This document shows positions 1 to 8,178 of a stretch of 15,799 nt of DNA, piece by piece (position 1 is the stretch's first letter; every line of letters begins with the position of its first letter). The DNA comes from Methanobacteriaceae archaeon (lineage in GTDB: Archaea > Methanobacteriota > Methanobacteria > Methanobacteriales > Methanobacteriaceae): assembly GCA_003558085.1 (NCBI GenBank), contig PWMT01000003.1:1-15799 (forward strand), written 5' to 3'. Under the pieces are notes generated by a model that was given only the letters and a program-made list of their open reading frames with translations, was not told the origin of the DNA and ran no database searches. The translations under genes and the position numbers were made by a program.

Positions 1-94
1 CGAGGAAGATACTCTTATAGCCAAAGGAAATGAAGCAGGAGCAGCTTTACTGGAGAAACTGGCTAAAAATCAAATGAAATTAGAAGATCTTTAA
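1..94 (+). CDS. 3' end of upstream gene (partial), probably TrkA-C/PhoU-type potassium-channel-family protein
   Basis: Frame 2 is open from the window edge: EEDTLIAKGNEAGAALLEKLAKNQMKLEDL*, TAA at 92-94. 'DxLIAxG' followed by a helix resembles the end of a TrkA-C domain. Such genes commonly neighbour archaeal MgtE-like genes (recollection). Confidence 0.55.
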   Translation, partial: EEDTLIAKGNEAGAALLEKLAKNQMKLEDL

Positions 95-140
95 TCCTAA
101 AAAAAACCAGGTGTATAATTGATGTCGGCTGGTGATCCCT

Positions 141-1499
141 TTGAAGTGTTTGGAACGAATTTTAGTGAAGATCAAAGAATTTTTGGATTTTATCTTAAGT
201 ACACTGGTAAAATCAATTATAATCTTATCCAAAGGGACTATTAAATTATTTTCTCTTCCAATTACAATTTTTAACAATTTTTCCATTTTCTTTAAAGATG
301 TTAAAAGAGTGCTTGGAGAGAGTTTTCTCGCTATTTTTATCAGTATTTTCGGAGGATTAATTGCCGGTATCTTTTTGAGTTTGATGACTGAACAGTTAGA
401 AGCTTTACCAGGATTAATAGTACTTATACCGGGGTTAATTGGAATGAAAGGTAATATTTTCGGCGCTCTTGGTTCTAGATTAGCTTCTAACTTACATATC
501 GGTACTTTAACCCCTGAACTGAAAAAATCCCATGTCCTTAACTATAACATTGCGGCTAGTTTGATTTTAACCATAATTCTATCCATCTTCCTGGCTTTCA
601 CCGCCAAAGGATTAACCTATCTATTGGGCTTTGATTCCATGAGTCTTATGGACTTTACTATTATATCGGTACTAGGGGGTATATTTTCTAGTTTAATACT
701 ACTGCCATTAACCGCGCTTATCTCACTTAAAAGTTATGAAAATGGATGGGATCCGGATAATGTAACTACGCCCTTAATAACTACTGCTGGTGATATATTT
801 ACCATTCCCTGCCTATTTTTAGGTGTTATGATTTTGTTCTTTATAAAAAACAGTGTTTTTGAACTCATTTTCTTTTTGTTTTTTATTTTCCTAGGCTTAG
901 CCGGATTATTTATAGGTTTTCGTGGGGAACTGGGCTTGAAAAAAATTATTATACAAAGTGTACCTACCTTACTTATCTGCTCTTTTTTAGGAATCGGTGC
1001 CGGTACAGTTTTAAATAGTCGTTTAGAGTTAATATTAAATAATCCCAGTATTTTAACCTTAGTACCTCTTTTTTCTGACCAGGGAGGTAATCTTACCAGT
1101 ATTTTAGGAGCTAGGCTTTCTTCGGGTCTTCATTCTGGGTTCATCGAGGCGCATTTAAAACCTAGTCAAGAAGTAATTAAAAATTTCGGTATTATAATAG
1201 TATTAGCCATAATTTTATACCCGCTAATAGGGTCAATGGCTCATTTCGCCACTATTTCTTTAGGAATTCCATCTTCTGGACTTAAAGAAATGTTTCTCAT
1301 TAGTAGTTTGGCCGGATTGATCCTAATTCCTTTAGTAATGTTCTTCACCTTTTATTTGAGCATGGCTTCTTATAGGAAAGGGTTGGATCCAGATAATATT
1401 GTGATACCTTTAACCACTAGTTTAACTGACCCTCTAGCTAATATATCTTTAGTATTCGTGGCTTTGACTATTTTAGAAAACATACCTTTCTTGGTTTAA
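141..1499 (+). CDS. mgtE: MgtE/SLC41-family divalent cation (Mg2+) transporter with two membrane repeats
   Basis: Highly hydrophobic. Duplicated MgtE motifs: GMKGNIFGALGSRL...GWDPDNVTTPLITTAGD and DQGGNLTSILGARL...GLDPDNIVIPLTTSLTD. ORF track starts at GTG 132, but GGTGAT at 131-136 looks like the RBS for an in-frame TTG at 141. Confidence 0.88.
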   Translation: MKCLERILVKIKEFLDFILSTLVKSIIILSKGTIKLFSLPITIFNNFSIFFKDVKRVLGESFLAIFISIFGGLIAGIFLSLMTEQLEALPGLIVLIPGLIGMKGNIFGALGSRLASNLHIGTLTPELKKSHVLNYNIAASLILTIILSIFLAFTAKGLTYLLGFDSMSLMDFTIISVLGGIFSSLILLPLTALISLKSYENGWDPDNVTTPLITTAGDIFTIPCLFLGVMILFFIKNSVFELIFFLFFIFLGLAGLFIGFRGELGLKKIIIQSVPTLLICSFLGIGAGTVLNSRLELILNNPSILTLVPLFSDQGGNLTSILGARLSSGLHSGFIEAHLKPSQEVIKNFGIIIVLAIILYPLIGSMAHFATISLGIPSSGLKEMFLISSLAGLILIPLVMFFTFYLSMASYRKGLDPDNIVIPLTTSLTDPLANISLVFVALTILENIPFLV

Positions 1500-1505
1500 A
1501 ATTTA

Positions 1506-2483
1506 TCAAGAAAGCACACCGGTTTTTAATATAAAATGACAGGGCTGTATTTGAAAATATTCTGCTTTAAGTTCACTTTGAGGGGTAGTTGGTGCTACTT
1601 CCACAAGATAAACCTTAAATTTTTTAGAACTAGCTTTATCAAAATAGATATGTAACCAAAAGATTTCAAAATCATTCCCATTAAAACCGGTTTTAATTGC
1701 AGAATTTACATTAATCAAAGAGCCATTAAACTCTTTTTTTACCACAGAAGGATTATGGGCTTGATCTATAATCCATCCGGTATTTTTAGGTAAATGGGGA
1801 TCATCAGTGATTATATAATAATCATTATAGTCCACTTGACTTTTATTAATTTGAAAATAAGCACATATCCAATAATATTCTGCTTCAGGGTCACTGATAA
1901 GATGATCACCATTAATATTCAAATGAGGGCATTTTTTGCTAAAGCAATGCCTATCCTCTTTGTTTTCACTATTATAATCATCCGGATTAATTTCTAGTAA
2001 AAGAATAGATTCATCATTTCTAAAATCACAGTTAATAGTACGGTTAACTACCACTATATCTGAGCAAGACGCTATTTTTGAACTATTATGGATGATAACT
2101 GGTTCTAAAACTGGATTTAAGGGATAAATTATGATGCTAGTATGAATGAAGGAGGGAAATACATTATCTGGCATTAAGTTATGGTAGTCCTTTTTCAATT
2201 GAAGCACTTTCTTATAGGATATTAGATTACTGTCTTTCTTGGACAATCCTGGAATTTTAACTTCATGGGTACTTAATTCTTCCCAGTTATCAGGTGATCC
2301 TGCTGTTTTGATTAAAATATCAGTTGCTTCTCGAGCTAATCTTTCATGTGAATTTCGAGAGAGGTGTTCTTGCATTTGAATACTATAATTATCTATCATA
2401 TCAGCGCTTAAACCTAAGATTATACTGAAAATCACCAGAGAAAGTAAAAGATCGGTGGAAAAAACTAAAGCTTTCTGATCCAT
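1506..2483 (-). CDS. Secreted/membrane-anchored protein with class III (pilin-like) signal peptide; archaeal type IV pilus-associated family
   Basis: Likely start ATG 2483 with GGTGG RBS at 2495-2491 (ORF track extends to 2555). N-terminus MDQKA|LVFSTDLLLSLVIFSIIL. ATDILIKTAGSPDNWE motif recalls euryarchaeal pilus-locus accessory proteins. Confidence 0.65.
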   Translation of the reverse strand: MDQKALVFSTDLLLSLVIFSIILGLSADMIDNYSIQMQEHLSRNSHERLAREATDILIKTAGSPDNWEELSTHEVKIPGLSKKDSNLISYKKVLQLKKDYHNLMPDNVFPSFIHTSIIIYPLNPVLEPVIIHNSSKIASCSDIVVVNRTINCDFRNDESILLLEINPDDYNSENKEDRHCFSKKCPHLNINGDHLISDPEAEYYWICAYFQINKSQVDYNDYYIITDDPHLPKNTGWIIDQAHNPSVVKKEFNGSLINVNSAIKTGFNGNDFEIFWLHIYFDKASSKKFKVYLVEVAPTTPQSELKAEYFQIQPCHFILKTGVLS

Positions 2484-2517
2484 GATACTACCACCATATT
2501 TTCCCATAGCTATAACT

Positions 2518-3474
2518 TTAGGCTGGACTGATACCATATTTGAGGCGATGACCATTATCTAAAAACAATCCATATTCCAGGCCATTAAAGGTAAATACAG
2601 TAAAAAATTTTCCAGTATATACATAATCATCAAAGATTACATGGTCAATAGATGCTGCAGAACTTAATAATCCTGGATTGTTTAAGGGGCGGGGATTAAT
2701 AAATACTTCTATTCCTGGATGATTACAGGTTGCCTTGCCTTCTAAACGACACAAATAACATGATCCATCATTACTTTGATGGTAAAATCCATTGTTTAAA
2801 CAATTATTAAGGGTATGATTTTCTACATGGATATTATAGGGCTGGTAAGGACAACTTTTAATAATAAAAGGCGAGGTTGCATTTTCATAATAGCTAGCTT
2901 CACTGATACCTTTATCTTGAAGATATTCACTTAAAACATTTCCATATAAAATCGTAGTATGGTTTAATGTTAAGACTCCATATTCACCACACTCGATGAA
3001 GGGTAAAGGATCTGCTAGTCCTTTAATTGAAATTAACTGCTTTATTCTTTCTTCATAGTAAAATCTATCTCTACCTATAGCAATAGTAGTGTCGACTTCA
3101 ATGTACCAGGGGTCCTGGTGTGATTGTATTGAATTTAAGGTACATTCTACTTTTAAATTATTATTTTTTTCAAAGTCAGCTTCGAATTGTTCAAGTTTGT
3201 TTTTTAATTGGTTAGAAACGTACTCCGGACCATCATCTATGCTTAGATTGGAATTTATGATCTCATAAACTGTTTCATTTAATGTATCTCTGGTTAGAAT
3301 AGGTATATTTCTTTTAATATCTTGTGAAGCATGATATAGATTATCTGATTGAATACTCTGCACCCTAATTTCATTTTCATTATTTAGTGTATTTAAAAAG
3401 CTAATACATATTATTAAAACCGGTACTAACAGTAAAAATGTCATTCCACTCATCACATATCCTTTACGATCCAT
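2518..3474 (-). CDS. Secreted/membrane-anchored protein with class III (pilin-like) signal peptide and Cys/His-rich C-terminus
   Basis: N-terminus MDRKG|YVMSGMTFLLLVPVLII; AGGTG RBS upstream; ISIKGLADPL and CYLCRLEG motifs recall euryarchaeal pilus-locus proteins. Confidence 0.65.
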   Translation of the reverse strand: MDRKGYVMSGMTFLLLVPVLIICISFLNTLNNENEIRVQSIQSDNLYHASQDIKRNIPILTRDTLNETVYEIINSNLSIDDGPEYVSNQLKNKLEQFEADFEKNNNLKVECTLNSIQSHQDPWYIEVDTTIAIGRDRFYYEERIKQLISIKGLADPLPFIECGEYGVLTLNHTTILYGNVLSEYLQDKGISEASYYENATSPFIIKSCPYQPYNIHVENHTLNNCLNNGFYHQSNDGSCYLCRLEGKATCNHPGIEVFINPRPLNNPGLLSSAASIDHVIFDDYVYTGKFFTVFTFNGLEYGLFLDNGHRLKYGISPA

Positions 3475-3820
3475 AGTAACACCTTATCTTAATTTTTTAA
3501 TACTATGTAATATTATTAATACTAAGATAAAAGTATTACTATTTTAAAATATAATATGATATACAAGTTCAAGTTTATATCTTGAAAATAGATTAAAGCT
3601 ATTTCCTAAAATAAAAAAAAGGACTTGCTAAATATTTAAACTAATATTTTCTTTAACTATATCAAATTTGGATTCAATAAGATATGTTGAATTCCATTTC
3701 TTAGCTTCTTTCAACCGCTAACCAAAGGCTTTAATTACCATGAATTTTAACATAAATGAATACTGATTAACAATTAATCCTTAGATAATACTAAAACTAT
3801 TTTAAATATTTAACATATTT

Positions 3821-3838
3821 AGGAAAAGCATATAAATT
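3821..3838 (+). promoter_or_regulatory. Putative archaeal BRE-TATA promoter for the DUF35-cfbA-thiL-radical SAM unit
   Basis: AGGAAAAG-CATATAAAT about 50 nt upstream of ATG 3884; RBS GGAGGA at 3873-3878. Confidence 0.55.
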
Positions 3839-3883
3839 ATTAAGTTTAATTGTTCATTTTAAATTATAATACGGAGGATTTAA

Positions 3884-4282
3884 ATGACAGAAACTGTTAG
3901 AACATGGCGCCATATTCCACAACGCTACAATCTTATAGGTTCTAAATGTTTACAGTGTGGTAATGTATTTTTTCCCCTACGTATAATCTGTCCAGAATGT
4001 AGAAGTAAAGGTAAATTAGAAAATATCAAATTAAGTGGCCATGGAAAAATATATACTTATTCTGTAATTAACACACCCACGGACGAATTTAAAGTAATAG
4101 CTCCTTATGCAGTAGCTATTGTTAAATTAGATGAAGGTGCAAGATTAACTACTCAAATAGTAGATTGTGAATTAGATGATATTGAAATAGGTGATGAAGT
4201 AGAAATGGTTTTTAGAAAAATTAGAGAACAAGGTGAAGATGGAGTGATTTCATATGGATTCAAATTCAAACTCAAAAAATAA
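3884..4282 (+). CDS. DUF35-family Zn-ribbon/OB-fold protein (scaffold subunit of the archaeal thiolase/HMG-CoA synthase complex family)
   Basis: RTWR..PQRYNLIGSKCLQCG..FFP.R.ICPEC rubredoxin-like Zn ribbon, then an OB fold ending IGDEVEMVFRK...GVISYGFKF; strong RBS. Confidence 0.88.
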   Translation: MTETVRTWRHIPQRYNLIGSKCLQCGNVFFPLRIICPECRSKGKLENIKLSGHGKIYTYSVINTPTDEFKVIAPYAVAIVKLDEGARLTTQIVDCELDDIEIGDEVEMVFRKIREQGEDGVISYGFKFKLKK

Positions 4283-4694
4283 GATCGGTGTTTTATTGGT
4301 AGGTCATGGGAGCAGACTCCCTTATGGTAAACAAGTAATAAATCAATTAGCTGAATTATATAAAGAAGAAGAAGATTATTTGGTTAGCGTGGGCTTTATG
4401 GAAATGACTGAGCCAACTATTCCCACAGCTATAAATTCACTGGCTGAACAGGGTGTGGAAAAAATAATTGTAACACCGGTATTTCTAGCCCACGGAGTAC
4501 ATACCAAAAAAGATATACCCCATATTCTGGGCTTGGATGATGGAACAGAAGAGGAACATTCCCATGACCATAAACACCATCATCATGGTAAAGATAAAAT
4601 AGATTTTCCAGGGGAGATAATATACACTGAACCTTTAGGTGCAGATCCGCGTTTGGTGGAAATAATTAAAGATAGGGTTAACCATTCCCTATAA
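4254..4694 (+). CDS. cfbA: Sirohydrochlorin nickelo/cobaltochelatase (CfbA / short CbiX), coenzyme F430 biosynthesis
   Basis: LLVGHGSRLP, GFME, PVFLAHGVH...DIP, His-rich loop HSHDHKHHHH, EPLGADPR; GGAGTG RBS at 4241-4246; overlaps the upstream gene by 29 nt. Confidence 0.92.
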   Translation: MDSNSNSKNKIGVLLVGHGSRLPYGKQVINQLAELYKEEEDYLVSVGFMEMTEPTIPTAINSLAEQGVEKIIVTPVFLAHGVHTKKDIPHILGLDDGTEEEHSHDHKHHHHGKDKIDFPGEIIYTEPLGADPRLVEIIKDRVNHSL

Positions 4695-4698
4695 CTGA

Positions 4699-4705
4699 TT
4701 TTTTT
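4699..4705 (+). terminator. Possible oligo-T (leaky) terminator after cfbA
   Basis: T7 run 4 nt after the cfbA stop; archaeal intrinsic terminators are U-runs. Confidence 0.3.
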
Positions 4706-4728
4706 ATTCAATTAAGTTTTAATGGTGA

Positions 4729-5805
4729 ATGATGCCCTCTAAGAAACAATTAATATCTGATCTGGGCGAAAAAAAACTAATCAATCGGATTATTAAACGA
4801 ACTAAAGATTTACAATCAAACTATTTTTTTAAAGATCCTAAAATAAATTATAGTTTAGGTGATGATGCCGCTTTAATAGATCTATCAGATATAAGAAATA
4901 GGGATAATTCCTTCCTGGTTCTCACCTCTGACATGCTTCTGGAAAAAAGTCATTTTCCTTCCCAAATGACTCCACAAGATAGAGGATGGAAAATAGTAAC
5001 GGTAAATGTCAGTGATATAGCTGCTATGGGAGCCATCCCCCATGGCCTGATTCTATCAATGGGCTTACCCCCAGATATGGAGCTTAACTACTTCGACGAT
5101 TTAATAGAAGGCGTATTAGAAGCCTGTCAATATTATCGACTACCTCTGGTGGGTGGTGATACTAATGAATCTTCCCAATTAGTTCTATCAGGTACCATAA
5201 TTGGCTCTGTAGAAAAATCAAAGGCAATGCTAAAAACTGGTGCCCGAGAAGGAGATTTATTAGCTGTAACTGGAGATTTAGGATTAGCAGCAGCTGGATT
5301 TGAAATATTATTTTCCAGTCCAGAACAGCAGGATAGAATTAAAGAAATAATTCCAGAGATCCACATCCAAAAATTTATTAAACACGCTATTAAACCACAG
5401 GCCAAACTCAAAGAAGGTATAATCGCAGCTAATTCTGGTGAAATCACTGCAGCTACTGATATAAGTGATGGTTTGGTTAGTGAATTGGAAGAAATCATAA
5501 AGGCAGGTAAAAAAACATCTAAGACTCTGGGAGTAAGAATTTGGGAAGAAAAAATACCGATAACTTTAGAATTAAAGAAATTAGCTGAATATTTCACAAT
5601 TGATCCTTTAAGTTGGGCTCTTTATTTTGGAGAAGACTTTGAATTACTTTTTTCGATAAAAAAAGACGCTTTAGAATTTTTAAAAGATAAAATAAATCTT
5701 ATAGTGGTGGGTGAGGTCACTTCCACTGGATTCATGGAAATAGTAAATAAGAAAGGAGAAACAAAAATATTAACACCTGGAGGCTACCAACATCTGGGGG
5801 GTTGA
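4729..5805 (+). CDS. thiL: Thiamine-monophosphate kinase
   Basis: LGEKKLI, GDDAA, TSDML...HF, NVSDIAAMGA, GGDT, VTGDLG, DISDGL, GEDFELLF, GYQH motifs. Second ATG at 4732 may be the true start (GGTGA RBS at 4724-4728). Confidence 0.95.
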   Translation: MMPSKKQLISDLGEKKLINRIIKRTKDLQSNYFFKDPKINYSLGDDAALIDLSDIRNRDNSFLVLTSDMLLEKSHFPSQMTPQDRGWKIVTVNVSDIAAMGAIPHGLILSMGLPPDMELNYFDDLIEGVLEACQYYRLPLVGGDTNESSQLVLSGTIIGSVEKSKAMLKTGAREGDLLAVTGDLGLAAAGFEILFSSPEQQDRIKEIIPEIHIQKFIKHAIKPQAKLKEGIIAANSGEITAATDISDGLVSELEEIIKAGKKTSKTLGVRIWEEKIPITLELKKLAEYFTIDPLSWALYFGEDFELLFSIKKDALEFLKDKINLIVVGEVTSTGFMEIVNKKGETKILTPGGYQHLGG

Positions 5806-5806
5806 T

Positions 5807-6814
5807 ATGAAAAAAGAAGCATTACTATATGAAAAAATTGATCATAAAACCCGCTGTAAAGTATGCCAGAGGCTTTGTTATATTGAACCGGGAAATAGAG
5901 GATACTGCTTAACTAGAGAGAATATTGATGGCAAAATATACTCTCTAATATATGGATCTGCCTCTTCCTGGGCAGTTGATCCTGTAGAAAAAAAACCCTT
6001 GTTTCATTTTTATCCTGGCTCTTTAGTTTATTCCTTAGGCACAGTGGGATGTAATTTTAGATGCAAGCACTGTCAAAACTGGACCATATCCCAGGCCATA
6101 ATAGATTCAATTGAAACTCGAGAAATAATGCCTGAAGAAGCAATAGAAATAGCTAAAGAATATAATTGTAAATCTATTGCCTGGACATACAATGAACCTA
6201 CCATCTGGTTGGAATATACACTTGACTGCGCAAAACTGGCCCGAAAAAATAATTTAAAATCCATTTATGTAACCAATGGTTATATGACTCTTGAAACTTT
6301 GGAATTAATTGCTCCTAATCTAGATGCAGCCAATATAGATTTAAAAGGCATGTCTGATAAATTTTATCGTCATTTATGCAATGCTAGAGTTGATCCGGTT
6401 CTAGAAAATATTCTATGGATGTATGACCAGGACATTCATCTAGAAATAACAAATTTAATCATACCTGGTTACAATGATTCGGAGGAGTCCCTTAGGGATT
6501 TAATTAAGTTCATGTCTGAGGAGGTAGGAAATGAAGTACCATTACATTTCACCCGGTTCATGCCCCATTATAAAATGTCTGATGTTTCCCCCACACCTCT
6601 AGAAACTTTACTCAAAGCTCAGAAAATGGCTATAGAAGCGGGTATGAAATATGTTTACGTGGGAAATGTTCCAGGTATTGATGGTGAAAACACCTATTGT
6701 TGGCAGTGTGGGGAACTACTATTAGAAAGAAATGGTTTTGGAATTGGTGTAAATAAACTGGAGACTTTGAAAGAATGTTTCAAATGCGGAGCTAAAATAG
6801 ACATCGTAAATTAA
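5807..6814 (+). CDS. amrS: AmmeMemoRadiSam-system radical SAM enzyme (PFL-activating-enzyme-like)
   Basis: N-terminal CKVCQRLC...GYCLTREN, DPVEKKPLFHFYPG, radical SAM CNFRCKHCQNW, TYNEP, TNGY, NIDLK, PLHFTRF, YVYVGN, C-terminal CWQC/CFKC. Confidence 0.88.
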   Translation: MKKEALLYEKIDHKTRCKVCQRLCYIEPGNRGYCLTRENIDGKIYSLIYGSASSWAVDPVEKKPLFHFYPGSLVYSLGTVGCNFRCKHCQNWTISQAIIDSIETREIMPEEAIEIAKEYNCKSIAWTYNEPTIWLEYTLDCAKLARKNNLKSIYVTNGYMTLETLELIAPNLDAANIDLKGMSDKFYRHLCNARVDPVLENILWMYDQDIHLEITNLIIPGYNDSEESLRDLIKFMSEEVGNEVPLHFTRFMPHYKMSDVSPTPLETLLKAQKMAIEAGMKYVYVGNVPGIDGENTYCWQCGELLLERNGFGIGVNKLETLKECFKCGAKIDIVN

Positions 6815-6840
6815 AATTTTCAGCGTATCTTACATGGATC

Positions 6841-8121
6841 TTATTCTGATAAACTGACTCGTTCAAATTTCTCTTTTTTATCCAGAGGCTTAGTGGCATC
6901 TACTCCCACTTTAGTGGTGGTTCCATCAGCTAATGCAGACGGATCTAGAGAAGATCCTCGTGCCTTAGGTACAATTAAGAGGTCATCATCTCCTTTAACC
7001 CGGGTTGACATGGCATATTCCACTTCTTCTGGATTGAAAATATTAATATCTTCATCAACTACCACCACATGTTTTAAAGAAGGATGAGCAGCCAAGGCAG
7101 CCATCATAACATTTTTTCCATCACCTGGGGTCTGTTTTTTAATAGAAACTACTGCATGAAGCCAGCAACACCCTCCTTCAGTTAAGAGAACATTTTTAAC
7201 TAAGGGAACAGTATTTTGAACAGCCTGATATATTCTGGGTTCTTGGGGAAGGCCCTGTAAAAGTCGATGTTCAAAGCCTGATGGAAATATGGCGTGATAT
7301 AAGGGATCTTCTTTTATATGCATTTTTTCCACTTTAATTACAGGTTCCTGACGTACAATATCATAGGTATCAGTTAAATCTACAAAAGGACCTTCACTCG
7401 CTCTTTCACCAGCTAATATTTCCCCTTCCAGAATAATTTCTGCTTCAGGAACTTGCAAATCTACATTCTCACCCTGCATTAGCTTTAGTTCACCTCTATG
7501 AAAATGGTTGGCCACTTCCATTTCATTGGCATTGATGGGAATGGAAGTAGTTGTGGCTAGTAAAGTAGCAGGATCTATTCCAATAGCTATGGCCACTTCC
7601 AAATTTTTTCCCTGTTTTTCAGCTAGTTGATTATAAGTATAAAGATGACGAGGAACTATTCTAACCGTTAATAAATTTTTATCCAGTACCAACATACGAT
7701 GAATAGAAGCATTGGGAATTCCACTTTCAGGATTTTTAGCGATAATAACTCCTGAAGTAATATAGGGGCCGCCATCACGTTTATAATGGGTTAAAATAGG
7801 TAATTTACTCAAGTCTGCTTTACTAGTAGTATAGGGTTTAGAAATTTTATGCACCTTTTTAATGGGTAGGGGATTATCCATGGCTTCTGTAATTTTAGAT
7901 ATTATTTCCTCCACCTTACAGTTCAAGGAGAGAGCAATTTTTTCACGAGTGTTGCAGATACCAGAAATAACTGGAATATCCGACTCTTTCATGTTTTGTA
8001 ATAAAATTGTTTTTTTAGGATATTTTCTTAATATTTTAGAAGCTTCCAGTATAGTTGAAACTTCTTGATCTATTTCTAGTAGATCAAACTTTTTTTCTAG
8101 AACATTTAAAAAGGTTTTCAT
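6841..8121 (-). CDS. UbiD-family prFMN-dependent decarboxylase, probable anhydromevalonate phosphate decarboxylase (archaeal mevalonate pathway)
   Basis: [56 protein letters not shown]. The specific substrate is inferred from the methanogen context. Confidence 0.85.
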   Translation of the reverse strand: MKTFLNVLEKKFDLLEIDQEVSTILEASKILRKYPKKTILLQNMKESDIPVISGICNTREKIALSLNCKVEEIISKITEAMDNPLPIKKVHKISKPYTTSKADLSKLPILTHYKRDGGPYITSGVIIAKNPESGIPNASIHRMLVLDKNLLTVRIVPRHLYTYNQLAEKQGKNLEVAIAIGIDPATLLATTTSIPINANEMEVANHFHRGELKLMQGENVDLQVPEAEIILEGEILAGERASEGPFVDLTDTYDIVRQEPVIKVEKMHIKEDPLYHAIFPSGFEHRLLQGLPQEPRIYQAVQNTVPLVKNVLLTEGGCCWLHAVVSIKKQTPGDGKNVMMAALAAHPSLKHVVVVDEDINIFNPEEVEYAMSTRVKGDDDLLIVPKARGSSLDPSALADGTTTKVGVDATKPLDKKEKFERVSLSE

Positions 8122-8178
8122 CTAAACACCAGCTCTCAATGTTTTTTTAATTATGCTTCCTAATTCTCTAACTAGTAC

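Noticed and set aside
2725-2765. CYLC motif as a c-type heme site
   Set aside because: No His follows the CxxC (CYLCR), so it is not CxxCH.
3670-3721. Possible pseudoknot or hairpins (TTAGC/GCTAA with GTTGAA/TTCAAC; alternative GGATTCAATA/TGTTGAATTC)
   Set aside because: Short, competing AT-rich stems that match no riboswitch or ncRNA consensus I recognise; cannot be supported without covariation data.
3544-3753. Minus-strand frame interrupted by two in-frame TAG codons (possible pyrrolysine readthrough or pseudogene)
   Set aside because: No RBS, no recognisable protein similarity, and no pyl genes in the window; consistent with AT-rich intergenic noise.
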